From Candidatus Omnitrophota bacterium (GTDB lineage Bacteria; Omnitrophota; Gorgyraeia; Duberdicusellales; 4484-171), in assembly GCA_014729775.1 (NCBI GenBank), contig WJJJ01000016.1:1-58529 (forward strand): a stretch of 58,529 bases of DNA. Reading direction: 5' to 3'. Below are positions 9,099-18,270 of this stretch, in pieces; the first letter of the stretch is position 1, and each line of letters opens with the position of its first letter. The notes beneath the pieces are model-generated. The model was not told where the DNA came from. It searched no databases and saw nothing but the letters and a program-made list of their open reading frames with translations. The translations under genes and the position numbers were made by a program.

Positions 9099-10957
9099 GT
9101 AGTCTTCTTTTCCAGAGCGGCGAGTATCCCGCGCGAGATGCTTTCAGCGTCAATTTTACAAAGTTTGAACAGTTCTTCACGGGTTCCCGCCGGGATGAAG
9201 GAGTCGGGAATTCCCATGCGAATAAGACGAACGTGGTCAAAAATATTTTTTTGTGCGTAGAGCTCTGCGACCGCGCTGCCGAATCCTCCGGCCAGCGATC
9301 CTTCTTCCAGCGTGACGATCAACCGGCAGGAAGAAGCGAGATCGCACAAGAGCGCTTCATCGAGAGGCTTGACGAATCTCGCGTTTACCAGCGCCGCTGA
9401 AATACCGTTTTCCTCCAGCCTTTCTGCGGCTTGCAGTCCGATCCGGACCATGGACCCGATAGCGATGATCCCGACTTCCGTTCCCTGCGTCAAATATTCT
9501 CCTTTCCCCAGATGTACCGGGGTCCGCGAACCGAGCGTATAGGCGCATTCCCGGGGGTATCGCAGCGCGGCGGCGGTATTGAGAGTAGTCGAGAATTCGA
9601 GCATGTCTTCCAGCTCCGCGCTGTCCTTGGGAGCCATTATGGTCAGGCCGGGAATCATCCGCAGATAGCCGATATCGAATACGCCGTGATGCGTGGGGCC
9701 GTCGCTTCCTACCAATCCGGCGCGGTCCAGCGCGAAAATTACCCGTAAATTTTGCAGGGCAACGTCGTGGATGATCTGATCGAATGACCGCTGCAGGAAC
9801 GTCGAATAGATTGCTACCACCGGAGTGAGCCCTTTTTTTGCCAGGCCGGAGGCAAACCCTACGGCGTGACTTTCCGCAATTCCCACGTCATAGGTACGGC
9901 GGGGAAAATTCTTCTGAAAACGGTCCAGCCCCGTACCCTTGGGCATCGCGGCGGTGATCGCGACCAGCGATTGGTCTTTTTCTCCCATCGCGGAAAGCTT
10001 GCGGGCGAAGGCGTCGCTGAAAGTCTCGGACTGCCGGGGCAGGTGAGGTGCCGTGACGCAACAAGGTTTCGCGCTGTGAAAATCTTCCGGATTGTTCTCG
10101 GCGTGGGAAAACCCCTTTCCTTTCTGCGTGATCACGTGGAGGATCCGGGGGCCTTTGAGCGAAAGCACGTTCTTCAACGCGGGCACAAGAGAGTCGGTAT
10201 CGTGTCCGTCCAGCGGCCCGAAATAACGAAAGCCGAGTTCTTCAAAAAATATCCCGGGAACCATAATGCCCTTCAGTGCTTCTTCGAACTTTTTCGCGCG
10301 CGGCGCGAGCTTTTTTATAAGCGAGAAATGGGTTAAGAAGGATTCCATCTCATTCTTGATCCGGTTATAAATCGGCGCGGAAAGGAATTTCGTGAGATAG
10401 TTGCTGAGTGCCCCGACTGACGGGGAGATGCTCATCGCGTTATGGTTAAAAATGATCAGCACATCGGACTGCGAATGTCCGCAGTGATTCAGCGCCTCGA
10501 AGCACATTCCTCCCGTCAGGGACCCGTCTCCGATGAGGGCGACGGTGCGGGAGCGGTCATTCTTTTGCCGTTTTGCCTCTGCGATACCGGTAGCCCAGGA
10601 GACCGCGGTCGAAGCGTGACCGGAAATATATTCATCGTATTCCGATTCCCTGGAATTGGGAAATCCGCTTATTCCCTTGTGCTGCCGGAGAGAAGAGAAT
10701 CGATCCCTTCTTCCGGTGAGAATTTTGTGCGCGTAGGACTGGTGTCCCACGTCGAAAAGGAGCGTGTCCCGGGGGGTGTTCATACAGTAATGCAGGGTGA
10801 CGCAGAGCTCAACCGCGCCGAGGGACGAGGCGAGATGACCCCCCCGGAGATCGACCGCTTCAATGATTGCCTTGCGGATTTCCCCGGCAAGAACAGGCAG
10901 TTGATCGGGAGAGAGTTTTTTCAGGTCCTCTGGGGAGTTAATCTTTTTCAGTATCAT
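9086..10957 (-). CDS. dxs: 1-deoxy-D-xylulose-5-phosphate synthase
   Basis: GGHLASSLG, DVGHQSYAHKILTGR, GDGSLTGG, DVGIAE, DRAGLVGSDGPTHHG. Confidence 0.97.
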   Translation of the reverse strand: MILKKINSPEDLKKLSPDQLPVLAGEIRKAIIEAVDLRGGHLASSLGAVELCVTLHYCMNTPRDTLLFDVGHQSYAHKILTGRRDRFSSLRQHKGISGFPNSRESEYDEYISGHASTAVSWATGIAEAKRQKNDRSRTVALIGDGSLTGGMCFEALNHCGHSQSDVLIIFNHNAMSISPSVGALSNYLTKFLSAPIYNRIKNEMESFLTHFSLIKKLAPRAKKFEEALKGIMVPGIFFEELGFRYFGPLDGHDTDSLVPALKNVLSLKGPRILHVITQKGKGFSHAENNPEDFHSAKPCCVTAPHLPRQSETFSDAFARKLSAMGEKDQSLVAITAAMPKGTGLDRFQKNFPRRTYDVGIAESHAVGFASGLAKKGLTPVVAIYSTFLQRSFDQIIHDVALQNLRVIFALDRAGLVGSDGPTHHGVFDIGYLRMIPGLTIMAPKDSAELEDMLEFSTTLNTAAALRYPRECAYTLGSRTPVHLGKGEYLTQGTEVGIIAIGSMVRIGLQAAERLEENGISAALVNARFVKPLDEALLCDLASSCRLIVTLEEGSLAGGFGSAVAELYAQKNIFDHVRLIRMGIPDSFIPAGTREELFKLCKIDAESISRGILAALEKKTTWQK

Positions 10958-11315
10958 TTTGTTCGTTTCTCTGCAGTACGAAACTGTCGATTACCTGACG
11001 GTCGCGATCGGAAATTTGATAAAATTCAATCCCGGTGTCGAAATGCGTTTCATCCTGCCGGGAGCGGGTCACGACCCACACGACCCGTCCTTTGCAGGTG
11101 ATTTCCCCTTCTCCGAGATAAATTTTCAATCCCACGATATCGGCACTGTGCAATCGTTCCCCCAGTATCACCCGCACTCCTCCGGCGCCGATGTTCTCGG
11201 TATGCGTTGATATCGTGTGTTCCCTGGGGGGGTAAATAACGATTTTGCAGGGAAAACACGCCCGAACGAAACGTCTTTTTTCTCGATCAAATTGATTGTT
11301 CATATTTTCCCTCAT
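10938..11315 (-). CDS. single-domain PilZ protein
   Basis: RRFVR and NIGAGG motifs; GRVVW and GIEF strands; start may be 11303. Confidence 0.85.
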   Translation of the reverse strand: MRENMNNQFDREKRRFVRACFPCKIVIYPPREHTISTHTENIGAGGVRVILGERLHSADIVGLKIYLGEGEITCKGRVVWVVTRSRQDETHFDTGIEFYQISDRDRQVIDSFVLQRNEQNDTEKD

Positions 11316-11319
11316 TTCT

Positions 11320-12111
11320 TTATACCGGTTCGGTCCCGTTCCGCTTTTTTTCGATCCGGCAAATGCGAGAGGCGCTTCCGGTGCGCGGATCGGCGTCGAT
11401 TAACACCCCCTGTATCCGAACGTCGTTCTGGGCAACCGTAAATCTGACGGGAAGATTCGACACGAAATGTTCGATGATCGCTTCCTTTTCCCGTCCCAAA
11501 ACCGAATTAAAGCTTCCGGTCATTCCCGCGTCGGTGATATACGCCGTGTGATCTTTGATGATGCGTTCGTCCGCCGTGGGAATATGGGTATGGGTGCCGA
11601 TTACCGCGGTGGCTTTTCCCGCGAGATAATAGCCCATCGCCAGTTTTTCCGAAGTCGCTTCCGCGTGCATATCAACTATCAGGATATCGGTGTTTTTCCG
11701 GACCTCGGGGAGTACCCGCGCGACTGCCTGGAAGGGATTGTCCATCGGGGGAAGGAATACCCTTCCCAGCAGATTGAGCACGCCGATTCTATACCCCTGA
11801 ATCTTTTTTATCAGGAATCCCCGTCCGGGCGCGTCCGGGCCGTAGTTCAGCGGCCGGAGAATATCGAACCGCGAAAGAGCTTCCCGGGCTTCCCTTTTTT
11901 TGAAAATGTGGTCTCCGCTGGTAAGCACGTCGATCCCGCAGTCAAAAAGTTCCTGGGCAGTATCCAGCGTAATGCTCGATCCCCCTGCGGCATTTTCTCC
12001 GTTGGCGATGACGCACCCGGCGTCTAACTCCTTGCGCAGAGAGCCCAGCTGTTCTTTAATAATTTTACGCGCCGGTTTCCCGACGATATCTCCGAGGAAG
12101 AGAATTTTCAT
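11320..12111 (-). CDS. ymdB: YmdB-family metallophosphoesterase
   Basis: MKILFLGDIVG, NGENAAGG, DMHAEATSEK, GTHTH; directly downstream of rny. Confidence 0.93.
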   Translation of the reverse strand: MKILFLGDIVGKPARKIIKEQLGSLRKELDAGCVIANGENAAGGSSITLDTAQELFDCGIDVLTSGDHIFKKREAREALSRFDILRPLNYGPDAPGRGFLIKKIQGYRIGVLNLLGRVFLPPMDNPFQAVARVLPEVRKNTDILIVDMHAEATSEKLAMGYYLAGKATAVIGTHTHIPTADERIIKDHTAYITDAGMTGSFNSVLGREKEAIIEHFVSNLPVRFTVAQNDVRIQGVLIDADPRTGSASRICRIEKKRNGTEPV

Positions 12112-12174
12112 GGTTTTCTGTGAACAAAATATTGTAACTCTGTTTTCTTCCCGGCACAACCATTTTGCCGCGTG

Positions 12175-13728
12175 CTATTTGGCGTATTCCACCGCCCTGG
12201 TTTCCCGGATAAGGGTGATCTTGATGTTTCCGGGATAATCCATTTCTTCTTCGATCTTCTTCTTGATATCGTGAACCAACAGGGTAATGTCTTCGTCTTT
12301 TATGCGGTTCGGCTGAACGATTACCCGGATTTCCCGGCCGGCCTGGATGGCATAACTTTTTTCGACCCCTTGAAAAGAATTCGCCATATTCTCCAGCTGT
12401 TTCAGTCGCTTCACGTACGTTTCCAGGGTTTCCCTGCGGGCTCCGGGACGCGACGCAGAAATCGCGTCCGCCACCAGGGCGAGCAGAGAATACAGCGAGG
12501 AGAATTCGATTTCCTCGTGGTGCGCGGCGGCGGCGTTGATGACGACTTCATTCTCTCCGTATTTTTTGAGCAGCTCGGCTCCGATTTCGGCGTGGGTTCC
12601 CTCTACCTGTTGATCGACCGCCTTCCCGATGTCGTGGAGCAGTCCCGTGCGCCGCGCGAGCTGCGGATCGAGCTCCAGCTCGGATGCGAGAGTTCCCATG
12701 ATCATCGAAACTTCTTTTGAGTGCTGGAGCGCGTTCTGTCCGAAGCTGGTGCGATATTTCAGTTTCCCGAGCAGTTTCAGCAGTTCCGGATGGAGGTTGT
12801 GCAGACCGACGTCAAACGCAGCCGATTTTCCCTGTTCGATGAGCTTTTTATCGAATTCCTGCTTGGTCTTGTCTACGAGTTCTTCGATGCGGGCCGGGTG
12901 GATCCGGCCGTCCTGCACCAGTTTCTCCAGTGAGATGCGCGCGATCTCCCTACGAATCGAATCGAAACTGGAGAGACTTACCGCTTCCGGCGTATCGTCG
13001 ATCACCAGGTCTACCCCGGTGGCCATTTCGAACGCGCGGATGTTTCGTCCCTCTCTTCCGATAATTCTTCCTTTAATTTCATCGTTCGGCAGAGGGACGA
13101 CGCTCACGGTTGTTTCCGTGGTGTGTTCTACCGCGCAGCGCTGAATCGCCAGAGAGATGATTTCTTTCGCTTTTGTTTCGGCCTCTTCCCGTACTTCTTC
13201 CTGCATCGTCCTGACCATGCGGGCTTTTTCGCCCCGGAGTTCTTCTTCGTAGCGGCGAAGCAGAAGATCCCGCGCTTCCTGCTGAGTAAGAGAGGAAATT
13301 CTGCGCAGTTTCTCTTTCTCTTCTTCTATCAGATTGGCGAGCTGAGAGTCTTTTTCCCGAAGCTGTTCGGAATGCGCGGAGAGTTCCTGGGAGTGGGCCT
13401 GAAGTTCTTTTTCTTTTTTTTCGATAAAGTCGAGCCGCTTCTCGAGATTCTCTTCTCGCTGGATAAGCCGTTTCTCCAGCTGGAAAAGTTCTTCTTTCTT
13501 TTCCGCGTTTTGTTTTTCGAACTCAACCCGGAGTTTATAGAGCAGTTCTTTCCCGTCCAGATCCGCTTTCCTCAGTGTTTCCTCGGCTTTGAGTTTTGCT
13601 TCCCGGACGATTTCTCCGGCATTTTCCTGCGCTTTTTTGATCTTGTTTTTTTTGAATAATTCTCCGAGCCACCAGCCGGCGAAGAGACCAATTACGAGTG
13701 CCCCGGATATATACAATATGGTGATCAT
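12175..13728 (-). CDS. rny: ribonuclease Y
   Basis: N-terminal TM anchor, coiled coil, KH domain ([12 protein letters not shown]), HD domain (LLHDIGK). Confidence 0.97.
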   Translation of the reverse strand: MITILYISGALVIGLFAGWWLGELFKKNKIKKAQENAGEIVREAKLKAEETLRKADLDGKELLYKLRVEFEKQNAEKKEELFQLEKRLIQREENLEKRLDFIEKKEKELQAHSQELSAHSEQLREKDSQLANLIEEEKEKLRRISSLTQQEARDLLLRRYEEELRGEKARMVRTMQEEVREEAETKAKEIISLAIQRCAVEHTTETTVSVVPLPNDEIKGRIIGREGRNIRAFEMATGVDLVIDDTPEAVSLSSFDSIRREIARISLEKLVQDGRIHPARIEELVDKTKQEFDKKLIEQGKSAAFDVGLHNLHPELLKLLGKLKYRTSFGQNALQHSKEVSMIMGTLASELELDPQLARRTGLLHDIGKAVDQQVEGTHAEIGAELLKKYGENEVVINAAAAHHEEIEFSSLYSLLALVADAISASRPGARRETLETYVKRLKQLENMANSFQGVEKSYAIQAGREIRVIVQPNRIKDEDITLLVHDIKKKIEEEMDYPGNIKITLIRETRAVEYAK

Positions 13729-13776
13729 GATACCCTCCTTCTGTTTGCCGTAATGCGGTTCAATTGAACGCTTCGG

Positions 13777-14367
13777 TTAAGAAGAGCTGACCGAAAAACG
13801 TTCGCTGATTACTACATCAACTTTTTCGTCGAAGGAGAGATGAATCGGAAGGGTATCGAGGATTTGAAAGTCGAATGCGAGTCCTGCTTTTTGCGTGTGC
13901 GGTGAGAGCCGGCGGAGAAAACGGTCATAAAAGCCCCCTCCTCGTCCCAGACGGTTTCGGGAACGGTCAAACGCGAGGCCGGGAACAAGAACCAAATCTA
14001 TTTCGCTGAGTTCTACCGGCGCGGCCTTCTTGGGATCCGGCTGCAGCACTCCATAGCAGGCACGAACAAAATCCTCGTCTACACAGGATGCTTCAAATGG
14101 ATGCAATTCCTGAGAGGCTTCCCGGATGACCGGGAAGCAAAATTTCTTTGAATTCTCCTTCTTCATCATCTCTGAAAGATCGACTTCCCCCTTTAAAGGG
14201 GAAAACGCCATAATTCGTTTCGCTTTTTTATATATAGGTAAATCGCGTAACGTGCGTTCGACATTTTTACTCCTCCTTTTTATCTCTTCTTGAGTTAAAG
14301 CCAACAGACGTTTCAGCATTTTCTTTCGAATAAGTTGTTTTTGTTCGTGTAGCGCCATCTCAATCAT
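13777..14367 (-). CDS. 5-formyltetrahydrofolate cyclo-ligase
   Basis: LVLVPGLAFD and RLGRGGGFYDRFL. Confidence 0.93.
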   Translation of the reverse strand: MIEMALHEQKQLIRKKMLKRLLALTQEEIKRRSKNVERTLRDLPIYKKAKRIMAFSPLKGEVDLSEMMKKENSKKFCFPVIREASQELHPFEASCVDEDFVRACYGVLQPDPKKAAPVELSEIDLVLVPGLAFDRSRNRLGRGGGFYDRFLRRLSPHTQKAGLAFDFQILDTLPIHLSFDEKVDVVISERFSVSSS

Positions 14368-14466
14368 CGCGCCCATTATACCAACTATTTTTTAAAAGTA
14401 AACCCTGCAGAATAAGGCGAAAAAAGTCAAAAAAAGCTGTTTTGCGGGCAGGGACGGCGGTCTGAT

Positions 14467-15456
14467 TCAATATCTCACGCTGGTGATATCTCCGGCAGAA
14501 TAGGATTCGATGAGGCCCTGGTCGGTACGCAGAAGGAAGAAACCCTGCTTGTCGATTCCGTGCGCGGTTCCCTCTCTTACCGTATGGGGCAGGGTGATCT
14601 TCACCCGGGTGCCCCAGAGAAAGCAGTGCTCTTCCCAGCAGGCGCGGATCGGTTCAAATCCGTCGGTGCGCAGAATTGAATACCAGGCGTGTATTTCCCG
14701 GATGATGTGCCGCAGAAGCCGGCTGCGCGAGCAGTCCCGGCCGTATTCTTTTGCCAGGGACGTTGCTTCCCGCGGCAGTTCCCTGTGCGGGATATTTACG
14801 TTCAAGCCGATTCCCGCGGCAAGGAACTGAATGGAATCCGCTTCCGCGGCGGCTTCGGAAAGGATACCCCCTACCTTTTTTCCGGAAAGGAAGAGGTCAT
14901 TGGGCCATTTGCTTTCGCATTGTATGCCGGTTGCCGTCCGGATCCCCCGGATGCAGGCACAGCCCAGCATTAAGGAGAGTTGAGACGCGCGGGCAAGCGG
15001 GAGAAAATCCGGGCGCAGGAGCAGAGAAAAATACAGTCCGCCGTGCCGAGAGAGCCATGTTCTGCCCAGGCGCCCCCTCCCTTTTGTTTGCTCTTCTGCT
15101 GCCACGAGCGTTCCTTCCCCCGCTCCGGCGATACCCAACGCGATCAGCGTATTTTGGGTTGAGTCGGTGTCTTCCGAGTAGTGATATTGCTGGGTTGCGC
15201 TGAAGCGCGGCAGAAAGGGGGCGATTTCCCAGGGGTACAATTTGTCCGGGGCATATTCCAGGAGGTATCCGCGGCGCGGGACCGCGCGGATCCGATATCC
15301 TTTGTTCCGGAGCGCGGCGAGGTGGGTGCGCAGGGTCTGCCTGCTCATGCCGAGTTCTTGCGACAGTTTTGTCCCGGAGAGAAATCCTTGCGCGAGTTTC
15401 AATTTCTCGACCAGTACGGCTTTGGGATCCCCGGACTGCGCAGATTCAGGGGGCAC
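14467..15456 (-). CDS. birA: bifunctional biotin ligase / repressor
   Basis: N-terminal HTH (SGTKLSQELGMSRQT), QTKGRGRLGRTW, KWPND, KKVGGIL. Confidence 0.93.
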   Translation of the reverse strand: MPPESAQSGDPKAVLVEKLKLAQGFLSGTKLSQELGMSRQTLRTHLAALRNKGYRIRAVPRRGYLLEYAPDKLYPWEIAPFLPRFSATQQYHYSEDTDSTQNTLIALGIAGAGEGTLVAAEEQTKGRGRLGRTWLSRHGGLYFSLLLRPDFLPLARASQLSLMLGCACIRGIRTATGIQCESKWPNDLFLSGKKVGGILSEAAAEADSIQFLAAGIGLNVNIPHRELPREATSLAKEYGRDCSRSRLLRHIIREIHAWYSILRTDGFEPIRACWEEHCFLWGTRVKITLPHTVREGTAHGIDKQGFFLLRTDQGLIESYSAGDITSVRY

Positions 15457-15459
15457 GCG

Positions 15460-15618
15460 TTACCTTTTTTTTAACAGGGAGATCACCTCATCCATCTGCC
15501 GGGTGAGTTTTTTCAGCAGATCAATCTGTTCTCTCTGCACTTTTTCCTGTTTCGCTTGGATTTTTTTCGCCTCTCCGGCGACTTTTGCCATTTCGCCCAA
15601 TTTGTTGAAATCGAACAT
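15460..15618 (-). CDS. 52-aa small helical protein (not in ORF track)
   Basis: MFDFNKLGEMAKVAGEAKKIQAKQEKVQREQIDLLKKLTRQMDEVISLLKKR; strong SD AAGGAGG; stop 3 nt before the birA start. Confidence 0.75.
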   Translation of the reverse strand: MFDFNKLGEMAKVAGEAKKIQAKQEKVQREQIDLLKKLTRQMDEVISLLKKR

Positions 15619-15725
15619 TTTTCCTCCTTGGTTGTATGCGGAAAATTCTTGCCGCGGATCTCCCTTCCCGCGGAGGGATACATTGTATCGTAGAGGATTT
15701 TCTCCTGCAAGCGAATTCGGGGGAG

Positions 15726-16403
15726 TTATTTCCGGAACAGTTCCTGCAGCAGCGCGACTTCGTTTTTGGTGAGGAGGGTACGGGTAAACAAACGCCGAAG
15801 CGTACGGTGCGCTGACCGGGCGCGGCGGGACGGGAGCCGGACGGAAAGCCAGTGTTCCATTTCGCGGAAGAGCGAATATATCGTCTCTTTAGGCGCCAGC
15901 CTGAGCGCCCCCGCCGGAGAATGACTGCGGGCGGTTTCCCACAGGCAGTAACAGGTGATGCTGACCGAAACCGCGAGATTATAGGAAGGGAATTCCGGAT
16001 GCGCGGGAAGAGCGAGCAGCAAATCGCAGCGGGCGGTTTCCTCTTGGGAAAGTCCGGTTTGTTCGTTGCCGAAGACCAGCGCGATCCTTTCCCGTTTTGC
16101 CAGTGCCAGGAGAAACGGGATGGCAGAGGGGAATGTATAGGAGGGCGCGTATTTCCGGGTGCGGCGGGTGAATCCGCAGACCAGGTGTGCCGGACCGAGT
16201 GCTTCTTCCAATGTTTCGGCGACGCGGGCGGTCTCCACGATATCCTTTCCTCCTTTCGCGACTTCCACGGACCGGGGAGTGAGATTGGGATTCACCAGGC
16301 AAAGGGAATGAAAGCCGGTGTTTTTCATCGCCCGCGCGGCGAGCCCGATGTTTTCCGGCGTCTGCGGCGAGACGAGCACGATTTCTACATTTTGTATCCA
16401 CAC
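15726..16403 (-). CDS. TrmJ/LasT-like SPOUT RNA methyltransferase
   Basis: PENIGLAARAMKNTG, LVFGNEQTGLS, SYNLAVSV; GTG start with GGAG SD. Confidence 0.88.
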   Translation of the reverse strand: MWIQNVEIVLVSPQTPENIGLAARAMKNTGFHSLCLVNPNLTPRSVEVAKGGKDIVETARVAETLEEALGPAHLVCGFTRRTRKYAPSYTFPSAIPFLLALAKRERIALVFGNEQTGLSQEETARCDLLLALPAHPEFPSYNLAVSVSITCYCLWETARSHSPAGALRLAPKETIYSLFREMEHWLSVRLPSRRARSAHRTLRRLFTRTLLTKNEVALLQELFRK

Positions 16404-16517
16404 GGTTTCTTCTCCGGTTTGGCACTTATTGTAACAAATATTTTCGGGCCGGGGAAGAGCGGATATGGATATGTCGTATTCTCCGGTGCCGGCAAGGGTG
16501 CGACCACGGCAAGTATA

Positions 16518-16546
16518 TTGACAGGGAAAATGTTTCACTATAAGAT
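16518..16546 (+). promoter_or_regulatory. sigma70-type promoter of tpsB
   Basis: TTGACA-17 nt-TAAGAT. Confidence 0.65.
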
Positions 16547-16561
16547 ATAAAAAAACCACAA

Positions 16562-18256
16562 ATGGGACCTGCACAAAAAATCCTTTCCATGACGGTTATT
16601 TCGTTGCTGCTGCCCGCAGGGCAGTGTCCGGTGTTCGCCCAGCTGCCTCCCGGTGCGGAAAAGGCAACCGAAAGTCCCCGCAGGACAATCCAAAAGAAAA
16701 TCGAAGAAGAGCTGGAACGGGTTCCCCAGAAAGTACCCGAAATTTCCGAAGAGGAACCGCAGCTACAGGAAGGGGAACGGTTCTTTATTAAGGAGATTAC
16801 GCTTACCGGGTGTGAAACCGTATCTTGTGGCGAGTTCGACGCGGTATTGAGGGAGTATGAAAGCCGGGAAGTTACGCTGGGAGAACTGGACCAATTGTGT
16901 AAAAAAGTCGAACGGGAGTATCTGAAGAAGGGAATAATCGCCGCCTGTATTCTCCCGCCGCAGGAGCTTTCCCGTGGGACCGTGACGTTACGCATCGTGG
17001 AAGCGAAGCTGGGAAGTGTTGAGATACGGGATCACCGTCATTTCCGGGAGAGCCGGCTTCAATGGTACTGGAGAAGTAAACGGGGCGAAGTGTTGCGATA
17101 CGATCAACTTTACCGGGACCTTCAGCTGATGAACAAAAATCCGGACCGGACGGTATCGGCAACGCTCCATGCCGGAGAAGAACCAGAAACCACCGATGTT
17201 ATTCTGGAGGCGGAAACCGAATTTCCTGTCCATGTCACTTCCAGTTTTAATAACGAAGGCGCTTCGTCAACCGGGGTGTATCAGAAAGGTGCCGGTGCCA
17301 GGCACAATAATTTCTTGGGGCTCGATGATACTTTGCTGGCCGGCTATCTGTTTGGACGGCATTTCGACGGAAAGTATGTGTACCATTCTTTGCCGGTCAG
17401 TAATTTCGGGACGACGCTTTTGTACGGGCACAGTTACAGCAAATCGTTTCCCAAAAAAGAATTTGCGCCGTTACAGATTACCTCCCGGGCAAGAAACACG
17501 ACAGTGTCCCTTCGGCAGGATTTATTCTCCCGGGAGAAATATCTCGGCGAAGCCTATCTGACGTTCGACGCCAAGGATAAGACGGTGACGCAGATTGCCG
17601 GGACGGCGAACAGAGACCGGTTGCGGATATTTCGACTGGGAGCGTCGTTTTTGGCCCGGGGTGCACAATCGATAACCCGGATCAGTCCCGAATTCTCTCA
17701 AGGCGTCAACGGCTTCGGCGCGCGCCGCCGAAGCGCTCTGTCCAGCCGGGGCGGGGAAAACACCTTTTCCAAAGCCAATATCGGGCTCACCCATTCCCGC
17801 CTTTTGCCGTGGGATTCCGAAGGGCGGGTGCAATTTGAAGGCCAGGTGGCCACGACCACGCTTGTACCGCAGGAGGCATTTTCCCTGGGAGGGATCGATT
17901 CCGTGCGCGGCTATCCGGCGCAGGATTTTTTGGCGGACGACGCGTTTCAGTCTAACGTAGAAGTGTTTTTCCCGGCATTTTTCATCCCCGCCCGGCTGAA
18001 ACTTCCCGGTGCCGAATCCACGCTTCGCGAGGATACCGCGCCGCTGGTGTTCTTTGACTACGGCTGGGGCGCCCGTCGAAGTTACTCGCCGGCAGAGCAG
18101 GGCGATGCGCATCTTATTGGGGTCGGCGCCGGCCTGCGTCTGCGCCTGTTCAACCGTGCGTTGCTTCGTCTGGAATGGGGGTTCCCGGTCGGCGAAGACA
18201 CCATTTCCGAGGACGGAAATAGCCGATTCCATTTTTCAATCGATTTCGAAACCTGA
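16562..18256 (+). CDS. TpsB (ShlB/FhaC/HecB family) outer-membrane transporter
   Basis: Signal peptide, POTRA-like region, SVRGY loop motif, C-terminal beta-strand FHFSIDF. Confidence 0.92.
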   Translation: MGPAQKILSMTVISLLLPAGQCPVFAQLPPGAEKATESPRRTIQKKIEEELERVPQKVPEISEEEPQLQEGERFFIKEITLTGCETVSCGEFDAVLREYESREVTLGELDQLCKKVEREYLKKGIIAACILPPQELSRGTVTLRIVEAKLGSVEIRDHRHFRESRLQWYWRSKRGEVLRYDQLYRDLQLMNKNPDRTVSATLHAGEEPETTDVILEAETEFPVHVTSSFNNEGASSTGVYQKGAGARHNNFLGLDDTLLAGYLFGRHFDGKYVYHSLPVSNFGTTLLYGHSYSKSFPKKEFAPLQITSRARNTTVSLRQDLFSREKYLGEAYLTFDAKDKTVTQIAGTANRDRLRIFRLGASFLARGAQSITRISPEFSQGVNGFGARRRSALSSRGGENTFSKANIGLTHSRLLPWDSEGRVQFEGQVATTTLVPQEAFSLGGIDSVRGYPAQDFLADDAFQSNVEVFFPAFFIPARLKLPGAESTLREDTAPLVFFDYGWGARRSYSPAEQGDAHLIGVGAGLRLRLFNRALLRLEWGFPVGEDTISEDGNSRFHFSIDFET

Positions 18257-18270
18257 CTATCAGCGGATAG

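Noticed and set aside
14377-14466. 6S RNA upstream of the cyclo-ligase gene
   Set aside because: The gap is only about 90 nt and holds promoter-like sequence; 6S needs roughly 180 nt.
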